From a virus, in IMG/VR virus record IMGVR_UViG_3300048687_000070, positions 1-64,000 of that record: a stretch of DNA of 64,000 bases; one strand, 5' to 3'. Position 1 is the stretch's first letter; each line of letters starts with the position of its first letter. Below are positions 37,643 through 45,247 of the stretch, piece after piece. The notes below the pieces were generated by a model. The model was not told the DNA's origin and searched no databases. It saw only the letters and a program-made list of their open reading frames with translations. The position numbers and the translations under genes were made by a program.

Positions 37643-38281
37643 ATGCACCTCGACGACGCCACTGTCCCCGCCTGCTCGATCTGCCGCAGCGGCCTGTACG
37701 AGTACGAGTTGAACCACCAGGCCTGCCGGCCGTGTGCCGACCGCATTGACCAGCAGCTGCGGGGGCTCGCCGGATCGGACGGCCTGTACGCCCGCCTGCG
37801 CCTTGCTCTCACCCCCGGATCGGGCGGGGGCGGCCCCGCGGTCTCGGGGAGCCGCACAGCCCCGCTCCCGGTCCGCCTGGAGCCGCTGTCGCTGTCGTCC
37901 CGCGGCGGCATCGTCACGATCCTGCAGACCTGGCTCGTCGACTGGCACGAGCAGCTCGCGTACCGGTACCCGCGGTGGGACGGCAACCTGCAGCAGCAGT
38001 GTGACCAGGCCGTCCAACGCCTCCGCGTCCTCCTGCCCTGGGCGGTCGAACAGCACCCCGCCATCGCAGAGTTCGCCCACGAACTGGCCACGATCACGCG
38101 CCAGTGCCGCGGACAGGTCGACGGCGAACGCCCGCCCCGCCGCGTCCACGTCGAATGCGGCTGCGGGCAACGGCTCAGCTTCACGCTCGACACGCTCGGG
38201 CTGCGCTGCCCCACCTGCCAGACCCAGCACGGGCACGGGGAGCTGTTGCGGCTCCCGCTGGCGGAGAGACGGGCGGCGTGA
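37643..38281 (+). CDS. Zinc-binding protein, last early gene (possible late regulator)
   Basis: CSIC...CRPC; SGSRTAPLPV; CGC...CPTC; followed by terminator. Confidence 0.6.
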   Translation: MHLDDATVPACSICRSGLYEYELNHQACRPCADRIDQQLRGLAGSDGLYARLRLALTPGSGGGGPAVSGSRTAPLPVRLEPLSLSSRGGIVTILQTWLVDWHEQLAYRYPRWDGNLQQQCDQAVQRLRVLLPWAVEQHPAIAEFAHELATITRQCRGQVDGERPPRRVHVECGCGQRLSFTLDTLGLRCPTCQTQHGHGELLRLPLAERRAA

Positions 38282-38322
38282 AGCACTCGACCCGCTAACA
38301 GATCTCCGAATCCACGACGAGT

Positions 38323-38358
38323 AAGGCCCCCGTCAGGCATTGGCCTGGCGGGGGCCTT
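38323..38358 (+). terminator. Terminator ending early operon
   Basis: AAGGCCCCCGTCAGGC-ATTG-GCCTGGCGGGGGCCTT. Confidence 0.7.
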
Positions 38359-38380
38359 CTGCATCCCTGAAGGAGTCTCC

Positions 38381-38569
38381 ATGAAAGACATCGCCAATGC
38401 CGACCCTGCCGTCCTCGCCATCCTTGGTGGAACCGCATGCACCATCACCTTGATTATCGTCGTCGGATGGATCGCTAACGGCATCGTCCAGGCAGGTGAC
38501 CGGACTGGCGTCGCCGCGTGCTTCCGGGCCCTCGGCGAACTGGTGAAGTCGTTTCGGCGACGAGCGTGA
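38381..38569 (+). CDS. Small membrane protein
   Basis: RBS AAGGAG; one TM. Confidence 0.55.
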   Translation: MKDIANADPAVLAILGGTACTITLIIVVGWIANGIVQAGDRTGVAACFRALGELVKSFRRRA

Positions 38570-38841
38570 CCTCAATCCCGGGACGGCACCCGGGCGGCCA
38601 GGTTCCCCAGCAGGTACCGGGCGAACTCCTCGTCGACCCTGTCGCCGTCGAGGACCGCGGCGAGCAGCATCAGCAGCTCCTGCGCCTCCTCCAACGTCAA
38701 CAGGGGGAGGCGCACGGCCGGCGGATCCACGGCCATCGGCACGTCAGGGAAATCGTCCACGAGCAGCACAACGACACGGCCCCCACCTCGACACGAGGTG
38801 GGGGCCGCGGTCGTGCGTGCGGGGTCAGGCGGCAACGGGCC

Positions 38842-39165
38842 TCAGCCCGCGTCAGGCAGCTGCTCATCCGCAGGCAGCGGCGGCACCTCCTTGAGCCCGG
38901 CCGCCTTCGCGGCCTCTCGCCGCGGATCCCTCAACACCGATCGGATCCACGACTTCGTCAACCCCAGCCGTGCAGCCAGCGCATCCATCGGCACCCCACG
39001 CCGGTTAGCCGCACTCAACGCCAAATTCCGGCGCAACTTCAGCCGGCTCACCGCAGCATCCGACGCCAGCCAGCGATGCCATACCGCCGCGAACGCCAAC
39101 AATGCCTGACCGGATAAGTGGTCCCACTTGTCCTTCACGAGGCCCCCCAGAGGTTGAAGCCACAA
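38842..39165 (-). CDS. Small HTH-like protein (start uncertain)
   Basis: GVPMDALAARLGLTKSWIRSVL. Confidence 0.4.
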   Translation of the reverse strand: MWLQPLGGLVKDKWDHLSGQALLAFAAVWHRWLASDAAVSRLKLRRNLALSAANRRGVPMDALAARLGLTKSWIRSVLRDPRREAAKAAGLKEVPPLPADEQLPDAG

Positions 39166-39432
39166 CCCGTTGAAAGGTCACCGTCAGACGGAATGCGGGC
39201 CTCGACAAGAGCGCAGAACGGCGCACACAACGCCCCCGCAACTGCGACGGCGCAGCAACGGGGGCGCATGCGGGGCTCGCGGGGGAGCCGTCTCAGGCGC
39301 GAGAAACCTCGAGCCCCTCCGGCAGTACCGGTCGCGGCCAGTCGAATACCTCCGCCAGGAGCATCCGCGCCGCGGTGTCGTGCTCGAACTCCGACCGGTT
39401 CGGCGGCATTGCCAGAAGGCGAGGGCTCGGTG

Positions 39433-40026
39433 CTAGGCGCCGGCCACGCTAGTGCTCATGCCAACGATCAGCGCTTTGCCGGTGGAGCGACTCACTAAGC
39501 CTTGGGCGACTAGTAGCTGAAGTCCACGGCGGACGGTGAGTTGACTGACGCCGAACTCGAAGGCCAAGGACACGACTCCAGGAAGCTGCGCCCCCGTGTC
39601 GTAATCTCCGGACGTGATCTGTTGCGAGATCTGCTCGGCGACAAGCTCAGGCATTGAGATCTTCCGCCGCCTGCTCTCCTTGTCCACGGCGAGACCTCGC
39701 AGGAAGAGAGCTTCCTTCGCGGCCTTGGCGCGAGGAGATGCGGCCTGCTTAGGGGGCTGCCAGCCTTGATCCCGATCAGCGACAGTCGGGACGTGTGCCC
39801 GATTGTGGATTGCGCCCTCGGTGCGTATCGCGGCGAGTTCAGCGACTTCCGCCTCCCGTCGAGACTCGAACCACTGGACTCGCTCCCCGCGGACATCTGG
39901 CCACCAGGTCTTGGCGTGTTCCAGGGCGTGCTGCTTCCACCGGCGGTGCGGGTTGCTAGAGATCCCGACGTACAGGAGGCGGTCGTCCGCGTCGTAGAGG
40001 CGGTATAGAGCGGTCCGTTCCGTCAT
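39433..40026 (-). CDS. GIY-YIG domain / GntR winged-helix fusion
   Basis: ALYRLYDADDRLLYVGIS...R...E...HN, then GAQLPG...EFGVSQLTVRRGL. Confidence 0.8.
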   Translation of the reverse strand: MTERTALYRLYDADDRLLYVGISSNPHRRWKQHALEHAKTWWPDVRGERVQWFESRREAEVAELAAIRTEGAIHNRAHVPTVADRDQGWQPPKQAASPRAKAAKEALFLRGLAVDKESRRRKISMPELVAEQISQQITSGDYDTGAQLPGVVSLAFEFGVSQLTVRRGLQLLVAQGLVSRSTGKALIVGMSTSVAGA

Positions 40027-40772
40027 TCTGGCCTCCGGCTATACCGTGCCAGCGCGCCCTGGGTTGTGGACGCTTCCTGAAGTGAGAGCGCCCATGGTCC
40101 GGTGTTGGTGTCCATGTCCTTGCCGAAGCCCACCCACTTGCCGATCATGCGTGTGCCTGTCGGCTCGACGAGCATCTGGATCGCCCCGTGGTAGCGGGCG
40201 CCCCGGTAGTAGCCGTCGGTTGCGGTCTGCTCAACCCAGGTGCCGGTAATGACGCTGCCGTCGACCGTCAGGTCCATGGTCAGCGGGGAGTCCGGGTTCG
40301 TGGACGCGCCAGGGAGGGATCGGACCGTGAGGCGGTTCCCACGCTGGAGCACGAGCACGTAGTGCTGGGCGACGAAGGTCTCGTCGCGCCCACTGGAGTA
40401 GAACTCGTAGCGCGACAGCCAGACACCGTTGTAGCTGCTCCGGGGGGACGCCTGGGGTACCGGGCCCGGGGCCGGCGGGGCGACACCTTCCGGAGATGGC
40501 CGGACGTCGTGACCACCAGAGCCGTCTTCGGAGACGTGAGGGAAGTTGGCCGACGCGGAGAAGCCGAGCTCCTCGACCGCCATTCCGGTTACTGCTTCAA
40601 GGGCGCGAATGTAGGGCGGCTGAGGGCGCCGTGTCTGCCCTGACTCCCATCGTTGGACGAGCCGCTTGTTGGCTGCTGCTGCCCCGTTCTCCTTGAGCGC
40701 GGATGCGAAGCCCTCCTGACTCAGGAGCATGCCCATGCGGACAGCCCGGAGTGTGGCGTTTGGTGTCGTCAT
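40023..40772 (-). CDS. XRE-HTH regulator with C-terminal beta-barrel domain
   Basis: LRAVRMGMLLSQEGFA...VQRWESG; all-beta C-terminal domain. Confidence 0.75.
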   Translation of the reverse strand: MTTPNATLRAVRMGMLLSQEGFASALKENGAAAANKRLVQRWESGQTRRPQPPYIRALEAVTGMAVEELGFSASANFPHVSEDGSGGHDVRPSPEGVAPPAPGPVPQASPRSSYNGVWLSRYEFYSSGRDETFVAQHYVLVLQRGNRLTVRSLPGASTNPDSPLTMDLTVDGSVITGTWVEQTATDGYYRGARYHGAIQMLVEPTGTRMIGKWVGFGKDMDTNTGPWALSLQEASTTQGALARYSRRPE

Positions 40773-40919
40773 GCAAGTAACGGTAGCCAGCGAAGCTAGG
40801 GAATGACACCGGTTTGACGCCCTAATGACGTCAAAGGGACGTCACGTTTGCCGTCGCGGGAAGCGGAGGTGCGGGGTCACTGTGTGGTCATGACTGATCA
40901 CGGCATGCCCCCGGCTCGG

Positions 40920-41138
40920 CTATTCCTCGGTCCCTGGCGTCTCGCTGGCGCCAGCGGCCAGCACGATCCGCCGCACCTGTTGGCGGGTGTACCCCGTCGC
41001 GTCGCAGATGTCCTTCTGGGTTACGCCGTCGCTGTCGGCGTCCCGAATGGCGACAGCAAGCGCCTGGCGCAGGACTTCAGTCCGCATCTCGGCGTCCCTG
41101 AACTGCTTCGCCACCTGCTCCAGTGATCGCTTGTCCAT
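40920..41138 (-). CDS. Small HTH repressor (Kor/TraR-like position)
   Basis: GVTQKDICDATGYTRQQVRRI; divergent from transfer operon. Confidence 0.7.
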   Translation of the reverse strand: MDKRSLEQVAKQFRDAEMRTEVLRQALAVAIRDADSDGVTQKDICDATGYTRQQVRRIVLAAGASETPGTEE

Positions 41139-41212
41139 GCAAGTTAGTGTCCCATCCGCTGGCATGTGACATGACGTTACGTGAACAGCTCGAAATTGCC
41201 TAGGTCTAACGC

Positions 41213-41242
41213 TTGACGGAGGGAACATCGTGTTCCTATGGT
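41213..41242 (+). promoter_or_regulatory. Transfer-operon promoter with operator
   Basis: TTGACG-18 nt-TATGGT with palindrome GGAACA-TCG-TGTTCC (41222-41236) in the spacer. Confidence 0.7.
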
Positions 41243-41346
41243 GGAGCTCGTTGGAAGGCAAGACGCCAACAAAAATGGCCCCGCCCGGTGTTGGAGCACC
41301 GAAGCGAGGCCTAGGTCAGACGCCCTCAGTACAGGGAGACCAACTC

Positions 41347-41790
41347 ATGAGCACAACCGTACAGCCCGCGCCCCTGGCGCTGGAGTCCACTTCCCGTCTC
41401 GTCCCGGCGATGGTTGGCCGGCCGGGCGCCACGCAGACCGTATGGATCACCTGCCCCGCATGGTGCTCCCAGGACCACCTCGCTGACCGTGAGGTCGCGA
41501 TCGAGGACATCGACCACTACTCGACCCCGTCGGGCTGGAGTGTCGGTTCGATCCTCGCCCCTGACGAGGCCGTGCACGACCTGTACGTGCGGGTCCACTC
41601 GGACCCGATGCACGAGCTGCCCGCTCTGCGTGAGGCGCATGTCCTCCTCGGCAACGGCTCGCCGTTCGACTCGTACCTGACGCCGGACATGGCGGAGGCG
41701 ACGGCCGACGAGCTGGTCGCCATGGCCTCCCAGATCCGCCAGGCCGCCACCATCGCCCGCGAGCAGCAGGTCGGGGAGGTGTCGTCATGA
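41347..41790 (+). CDS. DUF6907-like protein
   Basis: CPAWCSQDH...DIDH; first gene of operon. Confidence 0.65.
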   Translation: MSTTVQPAPLALESTSRLVPAMVGRPGATQTVWITCPAWCSQDHLADREVAIEDIDHYSTPSGWSVGSILAPDEAVHDLYVRVHSDPMHELPALREAHVLLGNGSPFDSYLTPDMAEATADELVAMASQIRQAATIAREQQVGEVSS

Positions 41791-42005
41791 CGACCACCCT
41801 GAGCCCCGCCGACGTTGCCGCCCACGAGCTGGCCTCCTATGTCCGTCCCCGCCGGATCCTGCAGCGTTTCCCGGCTGGTGGCCCGCGCGGCTCCTGGCCG
41901 GCGGAGGAGTACGCGAACCAGCGTCGCCTGGAGGGTCAGCCCGCCGAGGTCGTGATGGATCTTCGGTCTGACGCGTTCCTGGTGATCGTCCGGGAGGCGT
42001 CGTGA
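41787..42005 (+). CDS. Hypothetical protein
   Basis: ATGA coupling. Confidence 0.55.
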   Translation: MTTTLSPADVAAHELASYVRPRRILQRFPAGGPRGSWPAEEYANQRRLEGQPAEVVMDLRSDAFLVIVREAS

Positions 42006-42265
42006 GTGGCTCTCGGTTGACGTCCGCGGTGCAGGCGGTGATTGCGGTCGGTCGGGCGATGCGGGCTGCGGATCCGTTGCCGGATGCGTCGCCGTGGCTG
42101 GTGTTTGAGCTGCGGGATCCGGCCGGCGAGCTGCTTTTTGACGGTCATCTGTCGTGGCTGGGTGCGGAGCGGGTGGTGGCGGTGTTGGAGGCGGCTGCGG
42201 CCGTGCAGCACCGTCGGCCGGCCGCTCCGACTCGCCCGCGGTTGCATCTGGTGCGTAACCCCTAG
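42002..42265 (+). CDS. Hypothetical protein
   Basis: GTGA coupling. Confidence 0.5.
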   Translation: MSGSRLTSAVQAVIAVGRAMRAADPLPDASPWLVFELRDPAGELLFDGHLSWLGAERVVAVLEAAAAVQHRRPAAPTRPRLHLVRNP

Positions 42266-42350
42266 ACCGCCGCGGTCGACGGTCGATCCCCCCATCCCGT
42301 CGGCCGCGGCGCCCACCCACACCCCAACTTCCCGAGAGGGCTTGATCGTG

Positions 42351-42590
42351 ATGTCTCCGTTCCTGTCCGACGCCGATCTGGGCGTCACCGACATCGGCCG
42401 CAAGAAGCGCGCCTCGACGACCGTCGGCGACGTGTCGGACGCCTACGCCGCCCAGCTGATCGACGAGTACCTGGCCGCGCGCGCCGCCCGCAGCTTCGAG
42501 CTCATGGCGTTGATCCGCGACCACGCCGCCGCGATCGACCCGCTCCTCGTCGACGAGCTCGACGGCATCGACTACCCGGCCGCCGCCTGA
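42351..42590 (+). CDS. Hypothetical protein
   Basis: ORF MSPFLSDADLG... Confidence 0.5.
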   Translation: MSPFLSDADLGVTDIGRKKRASTTVGDVSDAYAAQLIDEYLAARAARSFELMALIRDHAAAIDPLLVDELDGIDYPAAA

Positions 42591-42733
42591 TGTGGGGCCA
42601 GCTGCTGGTCATCGTCATCGTCGGCGCCCTGTTCCTCGCGACGGGCTGGCTTCGGTGGCGCATCGAGCAGCCGGAGCGGGTCGAGTGTCGTGGCCACGGC
42701 TGCTGCCACACCTGCTGCAAGGGAGCTGCGTGA
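42590..42733 (+). CDS. Small membrane protein with Cys-rich tail (not in ORF track)
   Basis: MWGQLLVIVIVGALFLATGW...CRGHGCCHTCCKGAA; TGATG coupling at both ends. Confidence 0.55.
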   Translation: MWGQLLVIVIVGALFLATGWLRWRIEQPERVECRGHGCCHTCCKGAA

Positions 42734-43113
42734 TGGCCGCCGTTGACATCACGTCGTTCGGCTACCTGCACGACGGGCCGCCGGCCGCGCACCTGACGGT
42801 CGATCTGCGCCAGCACTTCCGCGACCCGCACGTTAGCCCGGAGCTGCGCCACATGACCGCCGACGACGAGCCGGTCCGTACCGCGGTCCTGAACACGCCC
42901 GGCCTCTCTGCGCTGGTGCAGGCCGTGACCGCGGCGGTCGAGGCGTTCGCGTCCGGCCCGTCCGCCGGTGCCGTCACGGTCGCCGCCGGGTGTGCGGGAG
43001 GCCGGCATCGCGCTCCCACATTTGCCCGCGCTCTTGCCGACCTGCTTTCTGCAGCCGGCCACCAAATCACCGTCCAACACCGCGACATGGACAAGCCCGT
43101 CGTCCAGCGGTGA
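42733..43113 (+). CDS. Stand-alone RapZ C-terminal domain protein
   Basis: ITSFGYLH...DLRQHFRDPH...AGCAGGRHRA...HRD matches RapZ SFGFK...DVRFLPNP...GCTGGxHRS...HRD. Confidence 0.85.
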   Translation: MAAVDITSFGYLHDGPPAAHLTVDLRQHFRDPHVSPELRHMTADDEPVRTAVLNTPGLSALVQAVTAAVEAFASGPSAGAVTVAAGCAGGRHRAPTFARALADLLSAAGHQITVQHRDMDKPVVQR

Positions 43114-43120
43114 ACCGGCA

Positions 43121-43162
43121 GCCCCGATGGTCGCAGGCCGGGTTCGACTCCCGGCCGGGGCA
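43121..43162 (+). ncRNA. tRNA-like minihelix (acceptor stem and T arm only)
   Basis: GCCCCG...CCGGG-TTCGACT-CCCGG-C-CGGGGC-A; no D or anticodon arm. Confidence 0.55.
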
Positions 43163-43201
43163 CGCACCACCAACTCGTTCACCGAATCAAAGGAGTACGT
43201 C

Positions 43202-43432
43202 ATGGGCCTGTGGCCGCGCAGCAACCGTTTCGAGGACGCCCGTCAGCAGCCGATCAGCGAGAGCAGCACGCGTGAGGCGGTGTCGAACCTGTCCGCGATG
43301 GCGAAGGCGTCGGAGGCCTCCGGGGACAGCCAGTCGGCGGCGACGGCGCGGGAGGCGTTGGACATGGAGCTGGACACCCTCCACGAGATCAGGAACCTGC
43401 AGGCGCACGGATTCAAGCAGCCGAAGCGCTAA
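43202..43432 (+). CDS. Hypothetical protein
   Basis: RBS AAGGAG. Confidence 0.55.
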   Translation: MGLWPRSNRFEDARQQPISESSTREAVSNLSAMAKASEASGDSQSAATAREALDMELDTLHEIRNLQAHGFKQPKR

Positions 43433-43575
43433 CCCCCTGGTCGCCGCGGGCGGGTGTTCACGGTTCCCCTCCGTCCCGCCCGCGGCTCCCAGCCTCGGCC
43501 CGAGTTCCCGTCGTATGCCGCAAGGCAGACCGAGGCGCGCACCACCAACCGAACCCAACCCGAGAGGAGCCCTTC

Positions 43576-43725
43576 ATGGGCCTGCGCGACAAGATTTTTG
43601 GCACGCCGGAGCAGCAGGAGCACAACGCCCGCTTCAACAACCGGGACACCGACCCGGACAGCGAGGAGTACCTGGCCTCCCACGACCGGGTCATCGCCGC
43701 GGAGAAGACGGCGAAGAAGGCGTGA
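43576..43725 (+). CDS. Small hypothetical protein (not in ORF track)
   Basis: RBS GAGGAG; MGLRDKIFGTPEQQEH...KKA*. Confidence 0.5.
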   Translation: MGLRDKIFGTPEQQEHNARFNNRDTDPDSEEYLASHDRVIAAEKTAKKA

Positions 43726-43907
43726 TGGCCGCCTACCACTGCAAGCAGGACGAGACGCACGCCGAACTGCACGCCGGCGGGGCGAACCTGCCGTGCACCC
43801 AGTGCAAGGCCCACGCGAACAGCATGCCCATCGCGGGCGGCTGTCTGATCGTGACGCTCGTGTCCACCGCCATTGGCGCACTGCTGTACGGCCGGAAGAA
43901 GACCTGA
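43725..43907 (+). CDS. Small membrane protein
   Basis: MAAYHC...CTQC plus C-terminal TM. Confidence 0.5.
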   Translation: MAAYHCKQDETHAELHAGGANLPCTQCKAHANSMPIAGGCLIVTLVSTAIGALLYGRKKT

Positions 43908-43939
43908 ATCCGAACCAACCGCCTGGAGAGGAGGCCGTC

Positions 43940-44143
43940 ATGCGGCCCCTGAAAGTCCTGCTCGTGACGGCCGTCCTCGCCCTGTTCGGCGCCTGCCCGT
44001 CGCTCGCCACCGCCCTCGGTGACGCGCTCGGCCTCGTGTTCGGCGGCGCCGCACAGATCGTCACCCAGCCCGCGCTGTTGCTCGCCGTGGCCCTCGGTGG
44101 CCTCGTTGCCGTCGTCGCCCGGCGTGGCCGGAGGGCCATCTGA
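43940..44143 (+). CDS. Small hydrophobic Spd-like protein
   Basis: 67 aa, hydrophobic throughout, upstream of traB-like gene. Confidence 0.55.
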   Translation: MRPLKVLLVTAVLALFGACPSLATALGDALGLVFGGAAQIVTQPALLLAVALGGLVAVVARRGRRAI

Positions 44144-44430
44144 TGCCGATCACCCTGCCCGCGTTCCTGACCCGCCATAAGGAGAGCCCGGTGTCCGAGA
44201 CCACCGCCCCTGCCGAGAACGGACCCAATGTCCTGATGCGGTTCCTCACCCTGGGAGGAGCTATCGCGATCGTCACCGGGTCCGGCAGCTACGGGGCCGA
44301 GGACTGCCACTGGAAGTGCCTCGGCTGCGACGACACGGACAACGGCATCCCCCGATGGGGCTGGAACGCGCGGGACGCAGCCAACGCCCACGCGGGGCAG
44401 TGCCGGGCGATGCCGAAGCCGGGGGCGTGA
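44143..44430 (+). CDS. Mobile-element transfer-associated protein
   Basis: MRFLTLGGA...WKCLGC...ANAHAGQCRAMPKP. Confidence 0.55.
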   Translation: MPITLPAFLTRHKESPVSETTAPAENGPNVLMRFLTLGGAIAIVTGSGSYGAEDCHWKCLGCDDTDNGIPRWGWNARDAANAHAGQCRAMPKPGA

Positions 44431-44431
44431 C

Positions 44432-45244
44432 GTGAACAGCCCACCTTCCCGCGCCCGGTGGGATCCGCTCGTCGCGGTATCCCTGATCGCCGGTGTCGGC
44501 TTCACTGCGATCGCCGAGTACCAGCTCGCCAGAAAGATCGGCTCCCCGGTACCCGTGGCGGTACTACTGCCCGTGGCATTGGACGTGTACGTGGTCGCCG
44601 CCATCCGCCGCTCTCGCGGCCGGGACATCGCACTCGCACTCCTCCTCATGGGCGTCGCGCAGGTGTCGGCGCACATGCTCGAAGCCGGCGTCGTCGAGAT
44701 TTCAGTACCGCTCGTCGCGGCCGTCTCCGTCCTGGTACCGCTCGTCATCTGGCGGGTGCACGCGCTGGCGGTACTGCCGAAGAAGCAGCCCGCCGGTACC
44801 GGTACCGCCCCGGCCGTGAGCGAGCCGGTTCCGGACGCCACCGTCGAGCGAGTACCGGCATCCGCGCCCGCCCCGGTACCGCCTGCGGTACCGGTACCGC
44901 CCGCGAGCCGCCCGGAACTCGAGGCCGTACCGGAAGCAGTACCGGCCCCGGTACCGGTACGGCCGCGCCGCCCGAACAGCCAGAAGACGCCGCGCAGTAC
45001 CGCCCCGAAGTCCCGGCAGAAGAAGACCGGTACCGGCTCGTTCGACGACCACGTCCGCACCGCCATCGGCTGGCTCGGCGACGAACCGGACCTGTCCGGT
45101 ACCGCCATCGGCGAGCGGCTCGGTACCGGCGACTCCTACGGCCGCCGCGTGCGCCGCGAAGCCCTCGCGAAGGCCGGTACCGAACCGGCTCCTGGCCCCG
45201 AGCACCGGGACCACAACACCGACCAAATCCTCACCGGAAGCTGA
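44432..45244 (+). CDS. SpdB/DUF2637-like membrane protein with C-terminal HTH
   Basis: About 4 TM helices, Pro/Val linker, LSGTAIGERLGTGDSYGRRVRR HTH; directly upstream of FtsK-type gene. Confidence 0.7.
   Translation: MNSPPSRARWDPLVAVSLIAGVGFTAIAEYQLARKIGSPVPVAVLLPVALDVYVVAAIRRSRGRDIALALLLMGVAQVSAHMLEAGVVEISVPLVAAVSVLVPLVIWRVHALAVLPKKQPAGTGTAPAVSEPVPDATVERVPASAPAPVPPAVPVPPASRPELEAVPEAVPAPVPVRPRRPNSQKTPRSTAPKSRQKKTGTGSFDDHVRTAIGWLGDEPDLSGTAIGERLGTGDSYGRRVRREALAKAGTEPAPGPEHRDHNTDQILTGS
44518..45181. repeat. Intragenic GGTACC palindrome array
   Basis: 12 perfect GGTACC and about 22 GTAC cores counted by hand, in more than one reading frame. Confidence 0.85.
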
Positions 45245-45247
45245 CCC

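Noticed and set aside
39170-39430. Possible gene remnant or ncRNA left of the GIY-YIG/GntR gene
   Set aside because: A short minus-strand frame (MPPNRSEFEHDTAARMLL...) and a hairpin are visible, but nothing assignable
43121-43172. Full tRNA gene
   Set aside because: Only about 42 nt with no D or anticodon arm; reported as a tRNA-like element instead
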